A stretch of DNA of 64,000 bases from assembly GCA_963775685.1 (NCBI GenBank), contig CAVZJV010000014.1, forward strand, positions 2,080,001 through 2,144,000, given 5' to 3'. Below, in pieces: positions 19,734 to 30,309 of this stretch. Position numbers and translations under genes: made by a program. Position 1 is the stretch's first letter, and each line of letters starts with the position of its first letter. The notes below the pieces were generated by a model. It saw only the letters and a list, made by a program, of their open reading frames with translations, searched no databases and had not been told where the DNA came from. The DNA comes from Candidatus Bathyarchaeota archaeon (GTDB taxonomy: Archaea; Thermoproteota; Bathyarchaeia; Bathyarchaeales; Bathycorpusculaceae).

Positions 19734-22484
19734 ATGGCACGAACTCTCTTAGATTATTGCATTAGCGAACAAACTAGAACTCCCGTCCAAGAGGAGATTA
19801 AAGCACAAGCGCCAACTCCATCCATCCAAATTAAGGAAGCCGAAATAATAAAGCCTCCAAAAAGGAGGCAGCGCCAACCTTATCCACCAATAGCACCTGA
19901 AAACCTGCCCCCCTCCTACTTTGTCTCAGCCTCTTACGATGGGCGCCAAAAAAAGGCTGTAATCAAACTCTATGAACCACAATCAGGTCAAATCTACTTC
20001 TGGTATGACAACACTGGACACAAACCCTACTGTTTAACCAATCTAAAACCCTATGAACTAAACAAAATAGAGCGCTTAACCAATCATGAAGGCTTTGACA
20101 GCTTAGAAGTTACAGAAAGATACGACCCATTAATGAACCAAAATGTTAAGGTAACAAAAATAATTGCTAAAGACCCATTGGCAATCGGCGGTAGACCTGG
20201 TGGCACCATACGCGATATTGTGCCTGAAGATTATCTGAGAGTCTGTGAAACCCATATTGAACCTTCAGACATTAAAATTTGGGAATCCAAAATCAAATAT
20301 TACCAATCGTACATTTATGACCGCCAACTTTTGCCAGGTATGATTTACGAAGTAAAAGATGGCAATTTGGTACCGAAAGTTCTTGAGGAAACCTCCGAAA
20401 ATCTCAATAAAATCAAGAATATGTTTAAAGAATGTACGGAAGAGGAGCGGGATTATGCGGAGATGTGGGCTAAACTACTTGAGTATCCAGCGCCCAAGTT
20501 CCGTCGTGCCGCTATAGATATTGAAGTTTATTCCCCTCTTTCGACAAGGGTGCCTGATTCACGTGAAGGCGCATGTCCAGTAATCGCCTGTTCGGTCTAT
20601 AGTTCCGACGGGGAAAAACGTGTGCTTGTTCTCAAACGAGAAGGTATGCAGAAAGGCGATGCAGGCTTAACCGCTGGTTTAGATGTTGAATACTGTGAAA
20701 CTGAAGAAGAACTCCTAAGAAAAGTCTTCGATTTCCTCTGGGATTATCCTTTCATTTTAACGTTTAACGGCGACGACTTTGACCTCAGATATCTCGTTCA
20801 CCGCGCCTATAACTTAGGCTTTAACAAAAAGGACATCCCAATCGACATCGGCAAACGAGTATGTCTCCTAAAATATGGTATACACATCGACCTCTACAAG
20901 TTCTTCTTTAACCGCTCCGTGCAAATCTATGCATACGGCAACCGCTACAAAGATGTAACCCTCGCTGATGTTGGCAACGCATTAGTAGGTGTTGAGAAAA
21001 TCCATTTAGAAAAAACGTTTGGCGACCTGTCGTACAATGAGCTTGCTATGTATTGCTTGCGCGACTCAGAAATAACCTACAAACTAACAAGTTTTGATAA
21101 CGACTCTGCGATGAAACTAATTCTAGTTCTGGCAAGAATCGCCAGTATGCCTATGGAAGATGTCAGCCGACAAGGCGTCAGCCGATGGATACGCAACTTT
21201 ATGCACCGCGAACACCGAAAAAGAAACATGCTGATTCCCAATGGTGAAGACATCCTGACCAAGAAGGGCAAAACCTCAACAACCGCAGTGATCAAAGGTA
21301 AAAAATACAAGGGCGCCATTGTCGTCGAACCCACGCCGGGCGTTCATTTTAACGTGGCAGTCATGGACTTTCCCAGCCTATACCCCTCAATAATCAAAGT
21401 CTGGAACCTAGGCTATCAATCCATCTGCTGTAGTCATCCAAACTGCAAGGGACATTTAATACCAGACACGCCCCATTGGGTATGCACAGAAAAACGCGCC
21501 TTAGAAAGCCTCCTCATTGGCTCACTTCGCGATTTGCGTGTGAGATGGTACAAAAGCCGTGCTAAAGACAAAACACTGCCAGCAGAGCTGCGAAGTTGGT
21601 ATAGTATCGCTCAAGGAGCGCTTAAAGTAATTTTGAACGCGAGCTATGGTGTTTTTGGCGCAGATAGCTTTGATCTTTATTGTCCGCCCGTTGCAGAAGC
21701 CACAGCTTCCATTGGACGCTATTCCATCACTCAAATCCTCAAACACGCCGAAGCAGTAGGCATCCAAGTGCTCTACGGCGACACCGACAGCTTGTTTTTG
21801 AAAAACCCATCTAAAGAACAAATAGAAGAAGTAATCCGTTACACAGAGCATGAGTTGAACATGGGCATAGATATGGAGAAAACCTACAGGTACGCGGTCT
21901 TTAGTTCACGCAAAAAGAACTATTTGGGTGTTCTCGAAGATGGCTCAGTTGACGTTAAAGGGTTAACAGGCAAGAAAAAACATATCCCTATCTTCATCAA
22001 AGATGCCTTCAACCAAATGAAGGAACGGCTTGCCAACGTCAAAAACCCGGAAGATTTCGAAAAAGCAAGAAAAGACATTGGAGACATAGTTAGACAGCGG
22101 TACAATACCCTTAAACGTCGCGAATGGGGCGAAATAAGCGACCTAGCATTTCATGTAGTGCTAGGCGATGAACTTTCAAGTTATATCAAAACAACGCCTC
22201 AGCATGTGAAGGCGGCCAGGATACTTCAAAAAAGTGGCAAAGAGTTGCGAGCTGGAGACCTGATAAGTTTTGTTAAAGTTATAAAGTCATCCTCACGCGG
22301 CAGCATCTCGGAAGATGCTAATGCTGGTGTAAAACCTGTCGAGTTAACGTCCCGCAACGAAGTCGATGTAGACAAGTATATCGCATATCTTCAAAGCACT
22401 TTTGATCAGGTACTGGATGCTTTGGGTCTTAGTTTTGACGAAATAATCGGGCTAACTAAACTAGAAAGTTTCCTTGGAGCTTAA
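19734..22484 (+). CDS. polB1: family B DNA polymerase, PolB1 (crenarchaeal Dpo1 type)
   Basis: ExoI DIEV, ExoII FNGDDFD, ExoIII YCLRD, DFPSLYPSII, K...NASYG, YGDTDS; N-terminal WYDNTGHKPYC typical of PolB1. Confidence 0.96.
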   Translation: MARTLLDYCISEQTRTPVQEEIKAQAPTPSIQIKEAEIIKPPKRRQRQPYPPIAPENLPPSYFVSASYDGRQKKAVIKLYEPQSGQIYFWYDNTGHKPYCLTNLKPYELNKIERLTNHEGFDSLEVTERYDPLMNQNVKVTKIIAKDPLAIGGRPGGTIRDIVPEDYLRVCETHIEPSDIKIWESKIKYYQSYIYDRQLLPGMIYEVKDGNLVPKVLEETSENLNKIKNMFKECTEEERDYAEMWAKLLEYPAPKFRRAAIDIEVYSPLSTRVPDSREGACPVIACSVYSSDGEKRVLVLKREGMQKGDAGLTAGLDVEYCETEEELLRKVFDFLWDYPFILTFNGDDFDLRYLVHRAYNLGFNKKDIPIDIGKRVCLLKYGIHIDLYKFFFNRSVQIYAYGNRYKDVTLADVGNALVGVEKIHLEKTFGDLSYNELAMYCLRDSEITYKLTSFDNDSAMKLILVLARIASMPMEDVSRQGVSRWIRNFMHREHRKRNMLIPNGEDILTKKGKTSTTAVIKGKKYKGAIVVEPTPGVHFNVAVMDFPSLYPSIIKVWNLGYQSICCSHPNCKGHLIPDTPHWVCTEKRALESLLIGSLRDLRVRWYKSRAKDKTLPAELRSWYSIAQGALKVILNASYGVFGADSFDLYCPPVAEATASIGRYSITQILKHAEAVGIQVLYGDTDSLFLKNPSKEQIEEVIRYTEHELNMGIDMEKTYRYAVFSSRKKNYLGVLEDGSVDVKGLTGKKKHIPIFIKDAFNQMKERLANVKNPEDFEKARKDIGDIVRQRYNTLKRREWGEISDLAFHVVLGDELSSYIKTTPQHVKAARILQKSGKELRAGDLISFVKVIKSSSRGSISEDANAGVKPVELTSRNEVDVDKYIAYLQSTFDQVLDALGLSFDEIIGLTKLESFLGA

Positions 22485-22516
22485 CCCAAAACGTTCTCTT
22501 TCAAGGCGTCTTTTCC

Positions 22517-23407
22517 TTACAAAAGTTGGATTATCGCCCCCAACAATGTGAAGAGGGCAACTATCACAGAGATTATTATAACTACTCTGCGTTCGGTTAA
22601 GGAGCGGTGGTAAGTTATGACTGTGACTAGGCTTTTTCTGTTCTCAGAACTGAGTTTTGAGCCGTCGAATTTGACTCCTGCTCGTTTGCGTGTAAAGAAT
22701 ACGGCAAGTAGAATGATTATTGAGTTAAAGATGTAAGGCAAAAGTGAAATTAGCAGGTCCACTTTTAAGTCGGATATTACAGCAAACGAGGCTATGGTTA
22801 TTCCAATGGCAAATGACCCAGCGTTACCCACGAAAATTTTGCCTCGCACGTTGGAGTATGCAAGGATTAGCCAGAAAAATAAAGGTCCAATCATCAATAT
22901 GTAAGAAGGTGAAAAAGCCGTCAAACCCAAGATAACGATGGCCGGACAGAGAGTTTCAAGTCCGTTTAAGCCACCAAGTTGGTTAACCGTGTTTGTGACA
23001 ATCATAACGATAAGCGGGACAATGAGGAAAACATAGTAAGCACCAAAATGTAAAGTTCCGAGAAAAGGGAGCGCTACAGAAGTTCTTATCGCCCCCGTTT
23101 GTAGCCCCTCAAACACATAAAACATCAACGGTAGGGCTGCAATCAGAGGCATGAACGACTTATAGCGCCACTTTAAGTCCATAAAGTCGTCAAGGAGCCC
23201 CATGAAACCGCCGAACAGTATACAAACTGCAAGTGTCAAAGCGGCGGAGACACCGTTCACAGACGTATCTAGGCCTAGAATGAAAACTCTATTCAAGAAG
23301 TAAATCGAGAAAAGATAAACGGTTGTGGTTAGGACAAAAAGGACGCCTAAACCATTGGGAATTAAAGGTTGACCAACTTTATGTTGATCGGGGACCTTTG
23401 GAAACAT
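22517..23407 (-). CDS. aglH: UDP-GlcNAc:dolichol-phosphate GlcNAc-1-phosphotransferase (AglH/Alg7, MraY-like family)
   Basis: GLLDD, N..N...G.NGLE, KIFVGN.GS motifs; multi-TM; directly downstream of aglB. Confidence 0.8.
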   Translation of the reverse strand: MFPKVPDQHKVGQPLIPNGLGVLFVLTTTVYLFSIYFLNRVFILGLDTSVNGVSAALTLAVCILFGGFMGLLDDFMDLKWRYKSFMPLIAALPLMFYVFEGLQTGAIRTSVALPFLGTLHFGAYYVFLIVPLIVMIVTNTVNQLGGLNGLETLCPAIVILGLTAFSPSYILMIGPLFFWLILAYSNVRGKIFVGNAGSFAIGITIASFAVISDLKVDLLISLLPYIFNSIIILLAVFFTRKRAGVKFDGSKLSSENRKSLVTVITYHRSLTERRVVIIISVIVALFTLLGAIIQLL

Positions 23408-23421
23408 TTGGTGTTTCCTGT

Positions 23422-25714
23422 TTATGGCGGTGTTATGCCGTGTTGGGCATCGTATGTTGCCCAGTCAATTGAGTATATAGCAATTATCGGGATTAGACCG
23501 CGATATTGTCCTGGTGCTGTGTCTATTCCTGCAAAGTATGCTTTTTGGAAGTATGTTGGTACCGTTGTAGTTTGGTCTGGGGTTATAGTGATTTGGTTGT
23601 TTGTTTGGGTGGTAACTGTATTGCAGTAGTCAACTTCTGCGAAATTCAACAGTTCAAATACTGTGCAGTTTAAGCCTTGGTCATTCCATTGCCATCTGCC
23701 TGATGTTGGGTCACTTGAGCCAAATTGTTTTTCATCAACCCAAGCTGTTCCAGAGTTCATAAAGCCTGTGTTTATTAGTCTGTCCTTGGCTTGACCTGAA
23801 ATTCTTGCCATCCAAACCCATTTGCCTTCATCTCCATATCCGGCTGGGCTTGCAATGTATGATGAGCCTCCGCTTGCTTGAGATATCTGCAGGACTTCAA
23901 AAACGGCGATGTATTTGACGCGGTTTTGTCCATAGCTGTTGAGCATTGCCATCGACTGGTTCTCGTTAGCCATGAATATGAAGCCATCGTTCTCAATCTG
24001 CGTGGCGTTTGTTGTTGTGTTGTCGGCTATGCTGGTAACGTTTCCAAGGTCGCTCAGCCAGTTGCCATAGTCCCACCACATTACAATAGCGTCGGTTGAA
24101 GGAACGTTAGTCTGCATCCAATGGACAGCTTCAAGCCACGCGCTTATTGGAGCGTTAAGGTCTTGTCCAGGCAACGGAAGGCTTGACGCGCTGATTGCTG
24201 TTGGCGTGTAAGCTTGTGAGATGGCTCGCGGAGTTCCGTTGGCTAATTGCGGTGAAAACGCCAAGTTTGTTACAAGAAGCATAAAGATTATGAAGACTGC
24301 CACTCCGCTGTATTCTTTACTGACCTTGGGCATTCTGCGTTTTGATTTAGCGAGAGTTCGTGGCGCTTCTCGGAGCAGTGTTACGAATGGCTTGAGTATG
24401 CCGATGATGCCTATCCCTGCTATTATGGCGAATGCTGGAGCGAAGAGAACTAGAAGACGTACCATTGAAGTTGCAAAGTAGAGTCCTGTTACGGCGAAGA
24501 GTAGCAGGAAGATGTTTCGGTTACTAGGGTTCTTCAATACAAAGTATAGACCTACTATGAAGAACAGTATCGCTATGCCAAATTCTAAGTAAAGGTTTCC
24601 CCATGCCGAAATTCTTTGTTCTGCAACTGAGTCAACAAGGGGTGAAGCAGCCCTGATGAAAGGGTCTAAAACCGTGACGAATTTTCCTGTAATTCCTCCC
24701 ATCAGGCCAGTAGCTGCTAAGTACCACGAACCCGCCTACAATAGCCACAAGTGAAGCTAATGCAAGAGAGAGTTTGGCCTTCATTGATATGTTATTTCTT
24801 AGAATTTCGGCGACTATAAGCACGATAAACACTGCCGCTACTGGAAGCACCGCACCTGAAATCAAGTAACTAAGAGAAATGTAGGGAACTTTTGTTCCAA
24901 TAAACAATGCCAGACCGAAGGTAACGCTGTAGTTGATTAACATTCTTTGGCTGTATCTCTTCAGCAGAACTAGGATGAAGACAAACAAAACTGATAACCC
25001 GATTAAATAGTAGGCTGCTCCCCAACCTGCGATAAAGTAACCAAGCGCTGCGGCTGAACCTAAAGAGTACAGCACTGACTCTCGTAGGGATCTGTTAGCG
25101 TCTATAGACCTTAGGAACAGGAAGATGAACAATACTAGACCAATTACACCTGGCACTTCTGTATCAAAGAATCCTAAAGAGCTTCTCTGCAAGAACGAAG
25201 GCGCTAACGCGAGGAATAGTGCAGCGAATAATCCAACTGCTTTGCCCCCCATGTCTTTGCCCACAAAGTAAAGCACAAGACATGCGACCACAGCAACGAG
25301 AGCTGGGAATATTGAGCAGAACGTCATTAAATCGATCTTTGCGCCAAACAATGAGACAACTTGGAAGGCTACCGCAGCTGTCATTGGCAAAGCTGGTAGC
25401 GAAGCAGACATGTCTAATCCGTCAGGATACCATTTCTGAGTATTAATCCAATGGGTTGGCCAGTACGGTGAAAGTAAACCGTTATTTACCATATGCTGGG
25501 TTATGCTAAACTGATAGTAGGGGTCAAACTCGTTTAACAGCGCTGTTCCCCCTGATAGGTTCTCCCAGCGTAGCGGTAAAATTCGAACTGTAAAGGCAAC
25601 AAAGAGAATCATTACTAATGCTGCAAAAGCAAGGATTGTACCGTGGCTTACCTGAATTCTTAGCCTGCTGAAAATTGATAAATTACCTAGTCTTTCCTTA
25701 ATTCCTTCGCCCAC
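23422..25714 (-). CDS. aglB: oligosaccharyltransferase AglB/STT3, split by one frameshift near 24719
   Basis: N-half: EFDPY and GFFDTE motifs; C-half: SVAEQ, WWDYG and ADNTT; deleting one base at ~24719 joins ...GGFVV-LAATGLMGGITGKF in frame. Confidence 0.92.
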
Positions 25715-25923
25715 TTTAAGCCATCTCTTCCAAATGTATATTGCGATTGTACTATTTTACACATGGGCGATTTATTTATGGCTTTCCAAAACCAGTCAGA
25801 ATAGCTTTAGGCGAATTAGAATGTTTAGTTGCATGAATTCTAACATAAGGGTGAACTTGGCAACCCTTTGAGACACAAATTTTCTATAAGTCAGTCTTAG
25901 TTTAAACAAGAAGCACTTGGCTC

Positions 25924-26094
25924 TTAACGCTTGCTTAACGGTTTAACTTCCACGTCCATAGGTAACAATGATAATTTTCTGTCACATTTTGGGCATTTTC
26001 CATCATGCTGGGCAATTATTTCGTCTGGAGGCTTAAGTTCATTGCCTTCATATAAAATATGTTTGCACCCATGGCAAATAACTCTTTGTGGCAC
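25924..26094 (-). CDS. 56-aa zinc-ribbon protein (not in ORF track)
   Basis: GTG start: MPQRVICHGCKHILYEGNELKPPDEIIAQHDGKCPKCDRKLSLLPMDVEVKPLSKR; two CxxC pairs; GGGGA upstream. Confidence 0.75.
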   Translation of the reverse strand: MPQRVICHGCKHILYEGNELKPPDEIIAQHDGKCPKCDRKLSLLPMDVEVKPLSKR

Positions 26095-26228
26095 CCAATT
26101 CCCCAGTATTTAAATGGATATGGCATATTTATTGATTGCTAAAAACTTTAAATCTCAATCAACTAATGGACAACTGTAAAGCTTTAATGGGAAATCAATT
26201 GGAATGTTTAGAGGCAGGTAACTGGAAC

Positions 26229-28302
26229 ATGAAGAAATACACCTTAATCGTTACGGAAAAGCCTGATGCTGCAAACCGAATAGCAACTGCACTCGATATT
26301 GGGGATAACCCAAAAAAAGCGGCAATCCATGGTGTCCCATACTATCAAGCGTATCGTAACGGTAACATAGTGGTGGTTCCAGCTCTGGGGCACTTATACA
26401 CGATTACAAGCAAGCAAAAGGAACGTGAATACCCCGTTTTTGATTATCAATGGGTTCCAAGGTACCAAGCTGAACGTGGGGCACAAAGAATCCGTGTGTG
26501 GTTAAACGTCATTGCTGATTTAGCCCAGGATGCTGATGAGTTTGTAGATGCCTGCGACTTTGACATCGAAGGCAGCATAATTGGCTACAACCTTTTAAAG
26601 TTCGCTTGCGGCGGCAAAGAAACAGTAGCTAAAAGAATGAAGTATTCCACGCTTACAAAAGAAGAACTCCAAGAATCCTACAGTCACTTGCTGCCATCCT
26701 TAGACTTCACTTTAATCGAGGCTGGTTTGACCCGGCATGAAGTCGATTGGATGTACGGCATTAACTTGTCGCGAGCCTTAACCCATAGCGGCAAAAAACT
26801 GTAGCGGACAATACGCCACTCTAAGCACTGGCCGTGTGCAGGGACCAACCCTGAAGTTTCTTGAAGAACGAGAAAAAAGCATAAACTGCTTTGTGCCCAC
26901 ACCTTACTGGACCATAAATGCGAAAATAGCTATAAACGAAATTATCTTTGAGGTTGAATACGAAAAAACGCTTGCAACCTTCTCAGAAGCAACCAACGTG
27001 AGGGATGCCTGCAAAACTAAGAAGGGCCAAATAGAGTCCGTTGCGCTTGAGGAGTTCACGCAGAACCCACCTGTACCTTTTGACTTGGGTTCGCTACAAA
27101 GTGAGGCTTACCGGATTTTCAAGTATACCCCTGTGCGAACCTTAAACATACTCCAACATTTATACTTAGCCGCGTTGATCTCTTACCCACGAACAAGCAG
27201 CCAAAAGCTTCCGCCGTCAATCGGTTACAAAAACATCCTTAAGAAACTTGGAAAAACGGCCGCATACGCAAAACACACATCGGAACTACTCTCCAAACCA
27301 GCTTTAAAGCCAAACGAGGGTAAAAAATTTGACCAAGCACACCCAGCAATTTATCCAACAGGGAATTCTCCAGAAAAACCATTAGGTACAGCAGAAGAAA
27401 ATATTTTTGATTTGGTGATTAAACGTTTTTTATCAGTTTTTGGGGAACCTGCAATCCAGCAAAGCATCAACATAACTGTCAACATCAACGGAAATCGCTT
27501 CCGCACGGTTGCCACACGGACTTTGTCGGAAGGGTGGATAAAGTTTTACAAGCCCTATGTCCAAACAAAAGAAGCTTCTCTTCCACCCATAACCGAAGGA
27601 CAGAACGTTCAGGTCAAAAAATTAACTTTAAGCGACCGATTCACTAAACCACTTGCCCGATACAACCCCCGTAGCTTACTGTTAAAGATGGAGAAAGAAG
27701 AAATCGGAACCAAATCCACCCGAGCTTCCACCATCCAAACCCTTCAAGACCGCAAATACCTCAACGGCAAAGACAACTTAGCGGTGAGTGATTTGGGGTT
27801 TGAGGTTATTGGGGTTCTCAATAGGTATTGTCCAGAGGTGGTTTCGCCCGATATGACGCGGCAACTTGAACAGAAAATGGAGTCGATCCAGCAAGGGCGG
27901 GAAACTAAACAAAAAGTGCTCCAAGAAGCGATGGAAACCCTCAAAGGTGTGATGCTTAAACTTAAAGAAAAAGAAGCATCTATTGGCGCCCAATTATGTC
28001 TGTCAGTTCAGAAGAGGCGGCTGGAAGAGCGCGCCGTCGGATTTTGTCCAAACTGTCACGATGAGAAGCTGGTGATTTTACGCTCCAAAAAATCGGGCAA
28101 ACGTTTCGTGGGCTGCACCAACTATTTCAAAGGCAAATGCAATACAGCTTATCCGCTTCCGCAAACGGGCACCATCAAAACCTTAAGTGCCATATGCAAG
28201 AGTTGCAGTTCACCAACCATAGCAGTATACTATAAGGGAAGGATGCCTTGGCGGCTGTGTTTAAACCCCAGTTGCCAATCCAAAGGAGCCCACCCAAAAT
28301 GA
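26229..28302 (+). CDS. topA: type IA DNA topoisomerase, split by one frameshift at 26782-26784
   Basis: TOPRIM EKP..A and DFDIEG, STGRVQ.PTL, catalytic ISYPRT, AHPAIYPT, C-terminal Zn ribbons; removing one C of ACCCATA restores LTIAAKNCSGQYATLSTGRVQ. Confidence 0.93.
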
Positions 28303-28520
28303 AATGTAAGGTTTGTTGTCGAGAAGCACATAAAGACGGGTTCTGCCTGCTTCATCTGAAAGCTTACATGAACATTTGCGAGAAATTTAGTATTTGGCAA
28401 CGGGCGTTTGATGTTTCCTGGAGCCAATATTTGGTGGAAGTTCAGAAAAATTCATTAACTGGAGTATGGGCTAAAGATGTATTAAAGTACCTATTTGAGG
28501 AAGCGAACAAAGATGACTAG
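28299..28520 (+). CDS. small Cys/His putative zinc-binding conserved protein
   Basis: MKCKVC....GFC..H..AY.....F..W..A....W..YL; ATGA overlap with the topA stop. Confidence 0.7.
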   Translation: MKCKVCCREAHKDGFCLLHLKAYMNICEKFSIWQRAFDVSWSQYLVEVQKNSLTGVWAKDVLKYLFEEANKDD

Positions 28521-28950
28521 TAAAATGAAAAAACGTTCTTCAGGGATGTCGTTTTCGCTAAGCAGATGGTTCCGCAAAATTTCCACAAACGCACCCACCG
28601 CGTTCATAGTAACTCTAGTCGGATTATCTTACACAGTGTTCCTCTTAGGCGGAGGCCTGTACACTCTTATCGGTCCTGACGCGGCGGCACACCAACCCTC
28701 AGCATACGTTAATGGGCGTTTCTTCTTCTTGTACCCAGACCTCAGCCACCAATTTATCTCAGACACCATAATCTCCGCAATACTTTACTCACTTGGATTT
28801 GTGGGGTTGTTATCCATCTACCAAAGCACCAAGAGTGCCTATAAACCAAGACAGGCCTATATGCTTCTTGTCATAGGCGTCACTTTCTTGCTTTTGGCAT
28901 ACGTGTTCCTGGAAGGCTCTATCCAGTTCAAGATAACAGGTGGACAATAG
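28513..28950 (+). CDS. OSTC/DC2 (Ost3/Ost6 family membrane module)-like oligosaccharyltransferase accessory subunit
   Basis: 3 TM helices; FLLGGGLYTLI, QFISDTIISAILYSLGFVGLL and LLVIGVTFLLL align by eye with DC2 motifs LITGGIIYDVI, QYIMEGL.SSFLF.MGG.G and LLFIGF..VLL. Confidence 0.65.
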   Translation: MTSKMKKRSSGMSFSLSRWFRKISTNAPTAFIVTLVGLSYTVFLLGGGLYTLIGPDAAAHQPSAYVNGRFFFLYPDLSHQFISDTIISAILYSLGFVGLLSIYQSTKSAYKPRQAYMLLVIGVTFLLLAYVFLEGSIQFKITGGQ

Positions 28951-28988
28951 TCTTTTCCTCAAATCCTTGGCAATTTTTATTATTTTTT

Positions 28989-29516
28989 TTACCAAGGATG
29001 TTTTTTTAGCTTCAACTTGTATGCGCAGAAATTAGTGAACAGGTGAATCGGTGGCGTAATCAGCAAAACCGTAACTGCAACAATCCAAAATGGCGTAAAC
29101 GCAGTTTGCCAACCAACCAAGGCTAAGGGCAGCGAAAACACAACGGCGCCAACTACAAAATCTACTTGGTCAACGATTGGTAACAGCCCCCCTGGTGCGA
29201 TGCCGATTCTGCGTTTAATGAAAGCACCTGTTAGGTCGCCCAAAAGTGCGCCCAGAGGGATAAGTAGACTAAAAAGGACTGGGAAATTTTGGATACCAAA
29301 AACCAAACCCTCCGCCAACCCAACCCCTATACCGACGCCCCAGCCGAAAAAGAATCCTCTAAACGTCTTGTTATTTCCAAAAATGCGTTTGCCGTCCACA
29401 AAGTTCCTGCCAAAATCCATCCGTTTTCCACCCCCTGCGAGCACAGGGGTCGCGTTGGCACAGTAGGCTGGGAAAATAAACTTTAAGGCTTCAACTATTA
29501 GCAGGGCATAGTCCAT
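28989..29516 (-). CDS. carS: CDP-archaeol synthase
   Basis: PAY.AN..PV, D.G.....GKRIFG.NKT.RG, GDL..AFIKRR, P..DQ.DF. Confidence 0.95.
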   Translation of the reverse strand: MDYALLIVEALKFIFPAYCANATPVLAGGGKRMDFGRNFVDGKRIFGNNKTFRGFFFGWGVGIGVGLAEGLVFGIQNFPVLFSLLIPLGALLGDLTGAFIKRRIGIAPGGLLPIVDQVDFVVGAVVFSLPLALVGWQTAFTPFWIVAVTVLLITPPIHLFTNFCAYKLKLKKHPW

Positions 29517-29521
29517 GGGGT

Positions 29522-30232
29522 TCAACCGTTTTGTTGGAATTGTGTATCTTTTATTCCGCTTTCCCCTATTTGTACATAACACGTTGTTTCATGCTCGGTT
29601 TCCCTTGCTTTCTCTAGCACTGCTTTGATTGTTTGGCGGTTATGGGTGGGTTTAAGAGCGATTATAGTATCGGCCCAGAACTTGAGAACTCGTGTTGCTA
29701 CGGGTCTAACGCTTGAACTCTGGTCGGTGAAGACGCTGCGTACTTGGCTAGTTACTATGACGGGGATTTTCTGGATTTTTACTGTTTGCGCCAAAATGGC
29801 TAGCTGTCGATTCAACTCGCGGTTAACACTGAATGCTTTTGTTTTGGCTGAAGATTCTGCAACTTTTGCGCCGTAGAGCGAAGTTAAGGTGTCGATTATG
29901 ATTAACCCGACGTTTTTGCCTGTGTATCCTTGGATTTGGTCCACAACGGCAGTTTGTTCTCGAAAATCCTTAGGTTTCATAAGAATTATGCGTTCGGCAA
30001 CCTCGTTAAAGCGGTCTTTTGCTATTTGCGCGAGCCTTTTTGTGTAAAAGGTGTTGTCGCAGTCAATGTAAAGCACCTTAAAGTTTTGGAGAGTGCAGTT
30101 GACGGCGCATTGCATGGTAAGTGTGCTTTTTCCAGTTTCAGGTTCTCCATAAATCAACGTGACTGTTTCAGGCAAGATGCCTCCGTTAGTTAAGTTGTCG
30201 ATGCATTTGATGCCTGTCTGAATTGTCACCAT
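29522..30232 (-). CDS. radB: DNA repair protein RadB-like RecA-family ATPase
   Basis: TG...ID.L..GG, YGEPETGKST Walker A, LIIID Walker B, no N-terminal HhH domain. Confidence 0.8.
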   Translation of the reverse strand: MVTIQTGIKCIDNLTNGGILPETVTLIYGEPETGKSTLTMQCAVNCTLQNFKVLYIDCDNTFYTKRLAQIAKDRFNEVAERIILMKPKDFREQTAVVDQIQGYTGKNVGLIIIDTLTSLYGAKVAESSAKTKAFSVNRELNRQLAILAQTVKIQKIPVIVTSQVRSVFTDQSSSVRPVATRVLKFWADTIIALKPTHNRQTIKAVLEKARETEHETTCYVQIGESGIKDTQFQQNG

Positions 30233-30309
30233 GCTTTTACACGTCAAGGATTATTAGCTTGAAGATAGTAGTGTTTTTTGCACTTAAATCTACCTTTAAG
30301 GTTGCATTT

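Noticed and set aside
26802-26804. TAG in topA as pyrrolysine/readthrough
   Set aside because: Downstream homology is in a different frame, so this is a frameshift, not readthrough
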